Below are positions 1-15,473 of a stretch of 64,000 bases of DNA, in pieces (position 1 is the stretch's first letter; each line of letters starts with the position of its first letter). The stretch is from Adineta vaga (lineage: Eukaryota; Animalia; Rotifera): contig CP075495.1 in NCBI GenBank assembly GCA_021613535.1, positions 11,656,001 to 11,720,000 on the forward strand. The letters run 5' to 3'. The position numbers and the translations under genes are program-made. The notes beneath the pieces are model-generated. The model searched no databases, was not told where the DNA came from, and saw nothing but the letters and a program-made list of their open reading frames with translations.

Positions 1-255
1 TAGGAAGCAAGTACTTTCATATCTTTATACTCAATAAAGTTGCTTGGTTTTTTCCAAGTAATGTTTATTTAAGTGAATCAACGAACCGTGCAATTGTATA
101 CACATGCTTTTGAGTTGGATATGAATTAATGTCTTTCATGCATGTGTTTTTTTCATGACGCTGCACTATACAATTAGTCTTTCCTTTGTATTCCTTAGCT
201 AATATAAGAAAAGACAAACGTGTATATTTAACGTAAGTAAATGTATGATACCAGC

Positions 256-880
256 TTGGCTGGAATAAACCGACAAATTTTAAGCATTTTTATACTCCGT
301 ATAACACTTTCTTTCAGAGAAAGAAATTCTGGATAAAATTAGTCTTTTATTCAGATTCCTAGACTTCGGTTACCGTTTGGTTTGGTAAAACTTTATCAGA
401 AATTAATAGCGATGAAGTAGTGTCAGATTCGCATTGTTCGCTCTCAACTAACCGTGGGTCAAACCTTTTTTAACAACTATAGTGACTTTTCATGGGTTTA
501 GTGCATGCTGAATTCTGATTGGCTTGCATAGTCAGACAAACTTTAAGCATATTACCATTGTATTTAAACGTCATATAACCCTTTCTTTCAGAAAAGGGAA
601 CTGCGAATCTTGTTAGAACCTCAGTAAATTCGTGAACTTCCCTAGGGAAAATAGGTGATATTTGCGTTATTTTGTGTAAGCTTTTGACTATTATCGGAAT
701 ATATACCATCTTAAGGCTGTAAGAAGTGGACAGACGAATAAAGTATGCTTTCGTTGGACAATCTGAAGTAAAATCAACAGCAAATGATAGAACTTTCATT
801 GAGAAAAACAATTGACTTTTTCCAACTTTTTGTAGCTTTACGGCCGGATGTTGCCAAAAGGCAACATGTTGGCATTCGGC
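256..880. repeat. Degenerate internal duplication plus GC-rich hairpin; possible remnant of a non-autonomous transposable element
   Basis: 256-287 (ttggctggaataaaccgacaaattttaagcat) matches 519-550 (ttggcttgcatagtcagacaaactttaagcat) at 26/32. 300-323 matches 574-596 (tataac-ctttctttcaga-aaag). Perfect stem atgttgcc-aaaa-ggcaacat at 848-867. No spliceable coding frame found. Confidence 0.4.
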
Positions 881-1383
881 TCGATTTTAGTTTTTTAAAC
901 TCCAAAATGGAATTCGGTAACCTCCACACCTGAAAGACAAAGAATATAAAGAAGTAGAATTTTTTCCATGCTATCTTCTGGTTGTCGGCTGGAAACGGTT
1001 AAAGATTTGAATATGTTCGATTGTAACGAATGATTGAAGAAATATCTAAATATAATTTGATTCTTTTACTCGTATTTCACAATATATGTTTATGTAAATA
1101 TAGTCAAACCGTCTATTTGGTGCTTCTGATGGAACTCTATCGGCGAAGAAGAGAAATTTTTGAAAATAATACTTCATTGCATTCGTTCTCATGGAATGAA
1201 ATCATTCATTTATTTATTTGATGAAAGAAAAAGAACTTACCACCACAATTTTACGTTTCAATCTGAAGGTTAAATAAATAATATTTTTTCTTGTTTTATT
1301 TCACAGTATACATTTCGACTACGAATTATTGTAGACAGGCTGATTAACATAAAGAAAAAAGTGTATTTCTTTCAGTTACAATT

Positions 1384-3192
1384 ATGTCAACTGAAAACAC
1401 AGTAGCAACTGTACGACTTATACCGTCCACTCGTTTCACATTAGCTTTACTCGTATCTTTTGCACTTTTTATTCAATATGCTCAGCGTGTTAGTTTGTCA
1501 ATGAGTATTGTTTGTATGGTCAATAAGACGAATATAAATGATGGATCGAAACCATCCATATCTTCCGCTCAATTTATGAATCAAACATCAACAATTAAAT
1601 ATGGATCGCAATTTTTAAATGACAAACAATTTTCATGGTCCGAACTTCAACAACAAATTTTACTTGGTGCTTATTGGTTTGGTTATATTTTTACTTTAGT
1701 ACCAAGTAATTTACAAAAAAGAATAAATACTGTTATCAAATAGATTCGATCTACATTGATTTTTCTGTTTCTTTTAAACAGGTGGTTGGCTGTCAATCAC
1801 TTTAGGTGCTAAACGAATGTTTGCTGGTAGTCTTCTTTTGAGTACTATTGCAACTGTTGGCATCTGCAGCATTTATTTTATCAATAAATTCAATTTCTAT
1901 GTTGCTTTACTCTTTCGAATTATCATAGGTTTTACTCATGGTCCATTATTTCCGGCAACATATACTTTTTGGTCGGTATGGGCTGTACCTCTTGAACGAA
2001 GTACTTTGACAGCCATTGGATTTTGTAGCAATAATCTGGGTACATGTAAGTAATCAAAATGAGAGTGTTTATTGTGATTTTGATATTTTTTTCAAGCTGT
2101 AACAATGTTAATTGGCGGTCTTCTTTGTCGTTATGTTAGTTCAGGATGGGTTTATATTTTTCTTACGACAGCTCTATTTGGTTTTCTTTGGCTTCCATTA
2201 TGGTTATGGTTAGTTGCTGATACACCTCAAACTCATCGAACAATTAGTGAAAAAGAACGAAACTATATATGTAAACATATTGGTCTTAATAGTGATGATA
2301 AGAAAAAGAAAACAGTTACATTATCAGCTTTACCATGGAAAAGATTTGTTCGATCAAAACCAATTATTGCTCTATTCATTACTGAATGTTGCAATCTATT
2401 TGGTCTTTTCTTTTTCTATACAAATGTTGGTAAAATCTTAACTGAAATTCATCGTATTCCTCCTCAATATACAGGATATGTCTTAGCTGGAGGTTTTATT
2501 CTTATGCCAATCAGTAGTCTATCCGCAGGTAAATGTCAATTTACTCTTATATTATATTGAAAAATTGAATTTTATATTTCATATGTAACATCAAATAGGT
2601 GTAATTGCTGATTATCTGGTTCGGAGAAATATGATGTTATTAACTGATGTTCGAAAATTATTTAATTCATTAGCATCATTTATTCCTGCTATTTGTATGA
2701 TAGTTCTTTGTTTTTGTGATCATACTCGACAAGTCTTAGGTTTGATAACAATCTTAATCTTTCTAATTTCATCAGGTAAATACTTTACTAAATATAATGA
2801 CAATGAAAATCTCAAATGCAAAATCTCCTCTAGCATTGGCTTATGGTTCTGGTTATATTGTTAATTTTGCTGATGTATTACCTGCATATTCATCCATTGT
2901 TTTTGGTATAGTAACTGCAGCAGCAACATTGGGAGCATTGTTTGCTAATATTATAGCTGGACTTGTTATAAAACAACCTATTCTTCAAGACTGGCGAAAA
3001 ATTTTCATTCTCTTTTCTGTTATATACTTTATTGGTGGTATTGCATTTTTGGTACTTGGTTCAGCAGTACCACGATCGTGGGCTTTACATAAAACTACTA
3101 CAGAAAAACAACAAATTGAAGATACAAACATGAAAGAAGAAGGCGCAGAAGACACTATTCTTATGCAAAAATTAGAATCCACTAAAGAATAA
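1384..3192 (+). CDS. SLC17 / sialin-like MFS anion transporter, 5 exons
   Basis: Exons about 1384-1705, 1782-2045, 2097-2528, 2599-2775, 2834-3192 join in frame through GT-AG introns. SLC17 motifs YAQRVSLSMSIVCMVN, FSWSELQQQILLGAYWFGY, WAVPLERS, GWVYIF, TISEKERNYI, VRKLFNSL. Confidence 0.92.
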
Positions 3193-3524
3193 TTTTTTGA
3201 AAAAGTGTGATAGATTTTAGTCTATACGAAATTCTTTTTTATTATGCTCGAAATTTTGGAAATAAATATGAACTTGTATTCTATTCTTTTCTCAATGCGA
3301 TGAATATATGTCTGTATGGTAGATGCCGCAAGAATACGGAATAAATGAAAATACGATGTGAGGCGGTGATGATGAATCAATGGTTTTAAATTTATATTGT
3401 GCTTTACATCCAACAATTACCTTTTTCGTTGTGATGTTACTACTATTCATCACATATTATTATTATTATTATTTTTTTCTTGATCTTCAGATTTCATTTT
3501 ATTCCAATAAATACAATTTCAATA

Positions 3525-6030
<2,506 letters not shown>

Positions 6031-6704
6031 ACAAAAATATTCGTATTCCTGCGGTTGGTTTCTATTTGTGTGTTTAAACATTGTTCCTTTCGTTTTTGTT
6101 TTCATCTGAGTGTTACAATTGGTTTGATATTTTCTTTCACTTTTTATAGAAATACTAGAAGCACAGATTTCTTTGAATAATCATGATAAAGAAGATCCTA
6201 CTCGGACACTGGTTTGTCACCATATATGCTTATTATTAGAAGGATAAAAATAACTAATTTAATTCTAACATCAAATCTTATTTTATTTCAATAGGAAAAA
6301 TTCATTTCTATCTTTTCTTTTTTAGTTTTGACGAAAACTTAATAGATCAATGACTGAATACAAAACGTCTTTTTTCTTCGTCTTTTATTTGTAACTCACG
6401 TTTTCTTTTCTTTTTCTTTTTGTATTCACAATGTTGTCGTGTTCACGTATACTTCTGGCGTTATTATTCCTTACTACGAGTTTTCTGTGAGAAAACATTT
6501 TCGCTTTCTTTTTCCTTTTCATAAATCAAAACGAAAAAAAAACAACACCACTTAATAAATATATTGTACCTTCTTCTTTTCTGTTCGTCTGATTAAACAA
6601 CACATAAATATACAATGAAGACAATGATTGCAAAAATAAAACGAATACTATTCTTTTTGAATTCTCGTGAAGAAAGATGATTTTATCTCTTTCTCATACT
6701 TCAG

Positions 6705-8040
6705 ATGTCATCAAATACTGTTGCTTTAGAAGAATTATCGCAATTTCTCGATCCACAAGGACGTCTTGATCTGAAATCATTAGCTCTTCAAACATTACTT
6801 TCTTTAACTGCATCCAAAGAAGGTCGTCATCTCATATTATCCTTACCAAATACCGATTCTAATACATCTGTATTATCATGTGTTTGTCGTTTAATATTTG
6901 AAGATGTTCAAGAATCTATTCGTTTCGATTCATTACTGTTTTTGATCAATTTAACGAGTGATAATGATTCATCTATATTTAATAATAAACAAACATCTAT
7001 TTACAGTGATTTTTGGATACAATTATTAAAAGTAATACTTTCGAAAAGACGAAGGAAATTTTTAATCTATCTGAACATTGTTTTAGCGTTGTATTGATGA
7101 TCGTCAGTATGAACATGCTGATGCTGGATGTAAATTATTATCGAATATAACATCTCGAACGATTTCAATCGATCAATTAAATGATTTTGTTAATCATTTG
7201 GATAAAAACTATCCATCATGGTTTGATCATTTAATTCAAGCTTTTTCAACGATTGATTATAATTTAAAGAAAAATAATCTCGATTATTTATCAGCATTGA
7301 TAGTTAATTTAACTCAATTGAAAGTTATTCGAGAACGTCTAAGAAATCATGAACATCTAAAACGTCTGTTATGTTTTACCGATCAAAATCATTCAACAAT
7401 TCGACGAGGAAGTGTAGCTTGTATACTGAAAAATTGTTGTTTTGATCATGGTTTGTATCTATTTGCAATAGTGAAGAAAAAAATGATTGATTTCTGCTTC
7501 GATTAATAGAAAGTCATGAACAATTAATTCATCAAATGGGCGATAATGATGATTTTATTTGTGCATTACTTTTACCACTTACCGTTGCTACAGCTGATGA
7601 ATTAACTGAAGAAGAAAATGATCAATTACCAATTGATTTACAATATTTACCAAGTAATAAACAACTTGAACCAGATCAAGATATTCAACATATTCTTCTT
7701 GAAACTATTCTTTTGGTAAGATTATCGGGAGAGAATAATTCCGTTTTTTTATCATTTTGAAATTTTGTTTTAGTTATGTGCTACAAAATCAGTTCGTGAA
7801 TATCTTCGTTCGAAACAGATTTATTACGTCCTTCGACAATATCATCAACAATCAAATTTAGATTTCGCATGTAACCGAACATGTGAACGGATTATTCAAA
7901 TATTGATTGGTGATGAAGATTATAATGTGGAAACAGATAATCTTATGGAATTAAGTATACCGGACCATTTACAAGAAAAATTTCAAGAAGTTGATCGAAA
8001 AGAAGAAGAAGAAAAAGAAGAAAATAATATTAACGAATGA
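6705..8040 (+). CDS. HGH1: HGH1 (FAM203) eEF2 co-chaperone, 4 exons
   Basis: Motifs IRRGSVACILKNCCFD, LPIDLQYLPSNKQLEPD, LLETILLLCATKSVREYLRSKQIYYVLRQYH and an acidic C-terminal tail. Canonical introns near 7032-7086, 7451-7510 and 7715-7773. TGA at 8038-8040. Confidence 0.9.
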
Positions 8041-8885
8041 AGTGATGTTGTTTTTTCTAATATTTCTCTATTGAAATAAAAGAGAAGATATGTTGCAATC
8101 AAATATAAGAGAAATCAACTATTCTTTTTGACTTTTTGAATCAGTGATAAAAAAATAATACGATCAGGCTTCTAATGCAGATCCGAAGTATTAGAAATAC
8201 TAATACCATTTGCGCATAGTCCAATATGGTGATGATCATATGTATCCAATGGCGCCTATTAGGAATTTGAATATCACAATTAAATGTCAACAACAAGTAT
8301 GGCACAGTTATTATCGTCAATGAAAGGGTGATATTGATCTTACATGTAAAATGGATTGTCATGCATTCTATGTCAGCATCTTCATATCCAAGGCAATAGT
8401 ATAGTTCATTCCATAATAGATGTTATTTGTGTAAACATATTTTGCTTTCATAGTGATATAATTATACCACGACAATGAAATATCAATTAAGATAAAATAG
8501 AATTGCACACATCTATTGAAATGATCGAGGATTAATTTGATATTTTTGTAAAGAATGACTCATAAAAACCAACGGGGAACAAACTGATTTCAAACGCCAA
8601 AATCACATGAAATCATTGAAATCATAAATTCGTGAAATCACTTAGTTCTCCCTTGATAAAACCGATAAAATATCACTGATGTCAATGAATAATCGTTGTA
8701 TCTAAGTGAGTCAGCCTATGTCTACACATATGTTATTGTTGTTCTTTTTCTCTCGTTTTTCTTGTAATTTCACAACTATTTCGAAACGCATTACTGTTGT
8801 AATCTACAGTATAAAACAGCTTCTATTTTTTCTAGTTCATTTACATTTTATCGATTGCACTTTTTCATACAACTTAACTGGAATT

Positions 8886-10257
8886 ATGCCTGGACAAGTA
8901 GAACCAACAAATGATACTAAAATAAATTCTTCTCAATATGTTGGTGCAGTACCTGATATACCAGTAGAAGCTCGTCTTTCGTTAGCTCCACCAAATAATT
9001 GTGGTAATGCACCAGTAACTCGACTTTTTCTTGCTAAATATCAAGCATATCCATGTACATTGAATTGTTCCGGTGATGATGCTAGTGCTGTACTACATAC
9101 AACAACAATTGTTGAACATATTCATAATGAATTAAAACATGATTTGTCTACTGATCGTATATCACGAACATATTCTCCAAAAATGAAAGAATTCTATATT
9201 GATTCACGTGTATCTGATCTTGGTAATGGTATTATGATTGAAATAACTGATTCATATTTTCAATCTGATCTTCAAAATCCGAATAAATTAAAACCTGATT
9301 ATTCCGATGATTATTTCTTGACGCCGTCTCAAGCTATTATTCATTATCTACCTCACCATGATACATTTGTTCAAGAATTAGGAAGAACGTTCTCAAAAAT
9401 GACTGTATTTTCATCGAAATCGTGTACATTAAATATGGTTTGTCGAAATCAACATGGCTATTATCTTAATAGTATTGATATTAAAAAACCATTAATTACG
9501 GATCTTGCACTTCATTATGGTAAAGGATTCGTTGGCATACATGATAAGATTATTAAAAATTTGAATAAAAAAGAAGGAAAAGGAATTGTTCTTCTCCATG
9601 GTATTCCTGGTTCAGGTAAATTAAAAATAATCAACTAACAGAAATCAATGTTTTTCTTTTTAAATTAGGCAAAACACATTATATTCGATATTTAATTCAT
9701 GAAATTCAAGATAAAACATTAGTTTATGTACCACCAGATATGGCAAAAGAAATTTCATCACCTGAATTTCTTCCATTCCTTATGCAGTATCAAAATTCGA
9801 TTTTAATCATTGAAGATGCTGAAAATATTATTAAAGATCGAAATGAATGTTTGGTACCGTCACAAGCTGTTGCTAATCTTCTCAATTTGTAAGTTCTTTC
9901 TTTTTGATCTTCTTATGAAAGAAAGGTAACATTTTCCTCTTCATATCTAGATCTGATGGTTTATTAGGTGATGCTATGCATCAACAAATAATTGCTACAT
10001 TTAATTGTGATTTGACTACCATTGATCCTGCATTATTACGTAAAGGACGTTTAATTGCCAATTATGAATTTAACAAGTTAGACTTGGAAAGTTCAAAAAT
10101 TCTATCGGATAAATTAGGATTTGGTGTTGAAAAGATAGCTGAACCAATGACATTGGCTGAAATCTATAATCAAGGAGAAAAATCCGAAGATGACGATGAA
10201 CCAATGGAAAAAGCTCTAATTGAAACTGTTAAAACAACCGATAATGAAAAACAATAA
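8886..10257 (+). CDS. AAA+ ATPase of BCS1-like clade with prokaryote-type sequence (candidate horizontal acquisition), 3 exons
   Basis: Likely ATG at 8886 (MPGQVEP). Introns 9616-9668 and 9889-9950. Spliced product has Walker A GIVLLHGIPGSGKT, Walker B SILIIEDAE, LLNLSDGLLGD, sensor IIATFN, arginine finger IDPALLRKGRL and C-terminal MTLAEIYN. Confidence 0.88.
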
Positions 10258-11549
10258 ATAGAGAAATTGTTGATTTTCTAACTAGTTTCAATTAGAAATA
10301 AAACGCATATATATATATATATATGAAAAAAGTTTATCTTGTTATCATTCCTACATTAATAATCTATTTATGTCATATATATATTTGCTTTTTTCTGACA
10401 GACAAACATCAGTTTGTCATCGTACATATAAATGACAAAAAAAAGAAATTACTGCAATGATCCAGATTAAGAACGAACAAGAAAAAAAGTGACGAGAATA
10501 ATGTGCATGTATGACACTCCTCTGACAAGTAGTAGTTGTAGGTAATGCTAACATGTGAGAAACGCAAAAATAAAAGCAGCACCATTAGATATGCGTGTTG
10601 TTAGCAATAAAAAAAACGCGGACAGAATAATAACAACAACAACAACAAGGATGAAAGAGAAAAAAAAGGATTCCCGTTTCTCGCTTTCTCTCTATGGCAG
10701 TGTATCAGAGTGGGAGGAAACTGGTCTACATCAAGCATTTATAAATCATCATCGTACAGAACAGTTTGGATATACAGCAAGGTCGAAACTGATCCACTTA
10801 TATCGTAGAACAGCAAAAAAAATCGAAAGTCAATCTGAACAGAAGGTATATACTTGAAATAACGATTGAATTATGCTAAGAAGACAGCCATGCCGTGTCA
10901 ATCAAACAGACACATGTGGTTAGAATAGGAAGAAATCAGTAAAAATTCATTCTTTTTCTTCTTCAATCGTTCTCGCCTTTCGCTAGAGCCGTAAAAACCT
11001 TATATAAATTCTAATCGAATTTTATTTCTCGATTGATTGTTTAGCAATAATACTCTCATAGATAATATTTTTTCGAGAAAAAGAAAAATAATAACAACTA
11101 GAAATTTTTATCGTTTGACAATACGAAGATATCGTTTTGTTGAGACCAAAAGAAAAATATCTTCCTATAAATTTGACAAGGAATAACGATTAGTAGCTTT
11201 CGAGAATAAGTTTTATTTGCATGGTCACTTTTTTTCTTTTGACGAATACTACATAAACCTTGTATCAATTTGTATGTATGCTTGTAAAATCACTTTATCT
11301 ATGAACTTGATCGGACAGTAGTATGCGTATCTTCACGACCATGAATTGTGTTTTTCCTCTATTCTCTTTTTTTTTAAGTGACTTCGTATTTCATTCACTC
11401 AAGGTTAAGGTTACATTTGATCTTCGTTTTTTTGCTTGTATGTTATCTATCCTTAGACATAACTATGTATCTACATATACTTCGAGACTAATCGATATAG
11501 TTTACTTTCTTATAATTTAGTCTTAATTCAACGATACGAAATCATAAGT

Positions 11550-14500
11550 ATGCCGTCATATACGATGCTCAATGTTAAGATGCAACGAGAAACGAATAGT
11601 ACTCCATGGGGATTTCGAATGCAAGGTAGGATTTACTTCAGTAAGAAAATACTTGAAGAATTTGTATGAAAAAAAAACTTTAGGTGGAAAGGATTTTGGT
11701 TGTCCATTACAAATTCAAAAAGTTAATCCAAATAGTTTGGCTGAACGTTGTGGAATGCAACCTAATGATTATATTGTAAGAATTGGTCAGACATCAACAG
11801 AACATCTGAAACATCCGGATGCTCAAGAACTAATGAAAAATCAAAATAATATGCTTGAATTAACCTTACAACGGTTAGTCGTAAAGAAAATGTTAATTGA
11901 TATTTATAATAGAATACATATAAATATATAGAGGTGCTCCGCCCGATAGTAACGACTATAACAGTCATGTGGATTTTCCGCCTCATCAATTGATGCAACC
12001 AATATCAAGCGACGCTCCACCACAACCTCAATATCAACCACGTATACAAAATCCTACTCCACAGGTATGCTTAAGGAATGGCACATGACAGATTGTTATT
12101 GCATATTCAAGTGATAATGAATGACTTTTTAATTTATATATGGATAAAGAAGAAATTGAATAATTTGTAGTATGACAAAAATTGAAGAATATCTAATTTG
12201 GTAAACGTGCCGAACATAATCTCAGAAGACTTTCTGTTTATATTATAGAAGTAAATAATAGAAATAGAAAAGACGTGTACCATAGACGAATGCAGACAAG
12301 AAGCAGAAATTACAGAGAACGTGATATATTATATCTGTTTTAATGTTTATACATACGATGTAGTTTGTGTTCTTATCAAAATAGAAAGAAAAACTTGTAC
12401 TTTCCGAACGATTTATATCTGAAATGATCTAGAACTATTTGGTCTATTGATATTTTCAACATCATCTTAGGTTGCTATGCCAATATCGAATAATCGAGCT
12501 ATCTTAAGTCAATCGCATAATACACCAATTGGTCTTTATTCAGCTGAAAATGTTACCGATACAATTACTCGTACACTTCGAAGGTAATGTTAGAAAATTT
12601 TTGCTCGATGCATGGAAATTCTGCATGTATATTAGTATGCATGTGGCTGTAGTTCTCCATCTCCTTTACATCCTAACAATAATTCTGACCGTCGAAAAGC
12701 ATCAAATACACTCAAATCTAGTGACGTCGAAGATCTGCAACAAAAATATTTAAGTATGGATTTACAAACTAGTAAAAGTGAATCAAGACAAGGACCTGCA
12801 TTTCGAGCACTTGTTCGAGGACTTGATGAAACAGATGGTAAGCACTTATCGTTGTTACTATTATCTCTTGATTATATCATAATCATCTAAAGATACTACC
12901 AATGATTCATCAATAAAATCAAAGTAAAATCGAAATTTGAAATAAAAATATATCTTTATTTTCTTACAATCAGTTCAAATTATCAACAGATTAACACATC
13001 AACAATCAAAGGTTTTCATTATACACCTAATCAGTAAGTGATATCAATGATTTATTTTTTTATATAATATTTATAGATAATCAATATTTTTTTAGTTTTT
13101 TTTCCTACTTTTATTCGAATTTTATTTGATAAAATATCAAAGAGAGAAAGAGAAGCGAGAGAACATTTTATTTGATTGATTTTTGTGTTGATTATGATAA
13201 AACATACGGATATAATAATCAGGCATGTGAATGATCATTGTCGATGTGCTTATGCATCATTTTCATATAATATTACACACACACACACACGCATACACCC
13301 ATTATCTCTTCTAATATTTATCTATCTTTATTTTTCTTAGTATGAATATGGCACCAGAATATAGAATAGAAGAACCAAAAAAGTAAGATAACAATATGCT
13401 TTTAATTGCATCAGTATCATCTCTATGACAATATAGTTATAATGAATTTAAAGCAACGACAGCTCGATCAATGCCTAAACCAGCTCCTGCATCTACTCCC
13501 TATGATTATGCACAAAAACAACCACATCCAACGCCTTACATGGCATCTCCAGCTCCGCCACAACCTCCACCGATCCGACCAAAAACAGATGGTAAGAAGT
13601 TATATACAAGCAAAAACAAAACTTCATCATATTATCCCATTTATTCATCTTTATTTTCTAGTTGCTAATAAACCTTCATTTAATATTGATATGCAAGGAA
13701 CACCACGATCAGGAAATCGCATCTTTTTAAAAGGTAACAAAGGTAGTGCAGTTTTAACTCAAAATGACAATATCAATCAAAAACCTACCTGTCATACATG
13801 TGGAATAATAATTCGGTACTTTATTTTCAAATAAATATTTTTATTGTTCATTTTTATTATTGATAAATAGAGGTCCATATATCGCAGCTATTGGTCATTG
13901 TTATTGTGTTAATCATTTTACTTGTTCAAATTGTTCAACGAATTTAGTTGATTGTGGTTTTGTTGAAGAGAATGGAAAATTATATTGTGAGCAGGATTTT
14001 GAACAATTTCTTGCACCTCGTTGTGAAAAATGTTCCCAATCGATTTTGAAAGTAATACATAAACAAATAAATGAATTTAAAAGATTATCTAATTGATTCA
14101 ATTAAAATAGGAATGTGTTCATGCACTTGAAAAAACTTGGCATCCCGACTGTTTTACATGTACAGCATGTAAAAAATCAATTGGTACTGGATCATTTCAT
14201 GTCGAAGAAGGTGATCCTTACTGTCTTGAAGGTATAAATTACATTTCTTTAACACACATTTATCTAATCTCATTCTTTTCCTATTAGATTATCGTCGAAT
14301 GTTTCAAGCAAAATGTACAAGTTGTGACTTTCCTATCGAACCGGGTGATAAATATCTTGAAGCATTAGGTGGTACTTATCATATTGAATGTTTTACTTGT
14401 TCTGTATGTTCATAGAATCTATTATTTCGAAGAAAAACAAATTTTTATTATTTCCTTGATCTTCAATTTTAGATGTGTCAGGTCAGTTTAAATGGTCAAC

Positions 14501-14550
14501 CATTCGTTGTCAAAAATGATCGACCTTACTGTCGTTTACATGGTCGTTAA
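11550..14550 (+). CDS. PDZ and LIM domain protein, Zasp/ALP/Enigma family (PDZ + ZM motif + 3 LIM)
   Basis: ATG 11550. [11 protein letters not shown]|[15 protein letters not shown] motif [22 protein letters not shown] motif, three LIM domains ([13 protein letters not shown]..., CEKCSQSI..., [23 protein letters not shown]...). TAA 14548-14550. Confidence 0.92.
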
Positions 14551-15473
14551 TTTTCCTTGATTGGCTTTAATGAACAATCCTTTGCATCAAACAGATACAT
14601 GTTTATTTTTATTATAGAGGAAACAAGAGACGCCCAAATAAAAAGAAAACAATCACATTCATTATTATACTGTGTTTAGCATTGAATAAATATTATGTTT
14701 GTCTTTTTCAAACACCTAGTTGCTTCTATTCACATAAATATCTTTCTATTTTCTTATTGATAATACAAAAATAATCTTCTATAATATTTATGCTATAATT
14801 GATGAAATCGAACTGATTAATGCAAGGGAAAATCTGATGCATGTTACGACATCAAAATTGAAAAGTACATTAACAAAAAAATTATTTTCATTCAAGTTAT
14901 TCATTCGATTGTACCTAAGAATTACAAAACTTCAAACAAACGAGAATCAATACGAAAGAAGAAAAAAACATCAATTATATTTGTTTTTTCTATTAATTTT
15001 AACCTTGAGAAAAAAATTTCAATCATCTATTGATTATATTCAAACAAAGCGAATATCAATTTCTTCACATCAGATGAATAGATTATGATCATTGAAAATC
15101 GAATTAATAAGAAATCAGGCATTGCCATCAAAGAAAAAAACAAAGTATTTAATGATAAAATTTTACAAATGAAGTGTATGTTCTTGTCTATGGCATTTCT
15201 GTTCGTTCTTTTTTTCTTCTTCGTAATATTTCGTTTTGTGTTGATATATTAATTCGTTTTTAAGTGCTCAAACACACTTTCTTACGCGCTGATGACATAG
15301 TACGTTTTCACCATCAGCAACGCAAACTTTTTCTATTGTTTTTTGTCATTGAAAAACAAACACAACGATAAAGAAAAAAAAATGCAAACGAAAAGAAAAA
15401 AAGTCTTCCGAAACATATTCACAAAGATTTATTATATTAAAATGTCTTTCGCCGACAGTTAACATCAACTAAG

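Noticed and set aside
470-811. 113-aa minus-strand ORF
   Set aside because: No recognisable motifs, non-ATG start, lies within the repeat-like segment; no transposase signature.
8141-8460. Minus-strand 73-aa ORF and coding-looking fragments between HGH1 and the AAA gene
   Set aside because: Frames are interrupted by stops and I cannot assign a family; a decayed gene remnant is possible but unsupported.
8706-8885. 60-aa N-terminal extension of the AAA ORF from a GTG start
   Set aside because: Begins with gtgagt (a splice donor) and is T-rich intron/UTR-like sequence; the ATG at 8886 is the more plausible start.
10695-10703. tggcagtgt, resembling the miR-34 5' end
   Set aside because: The match ends after 9 nt and no precursor hairpin is evident.
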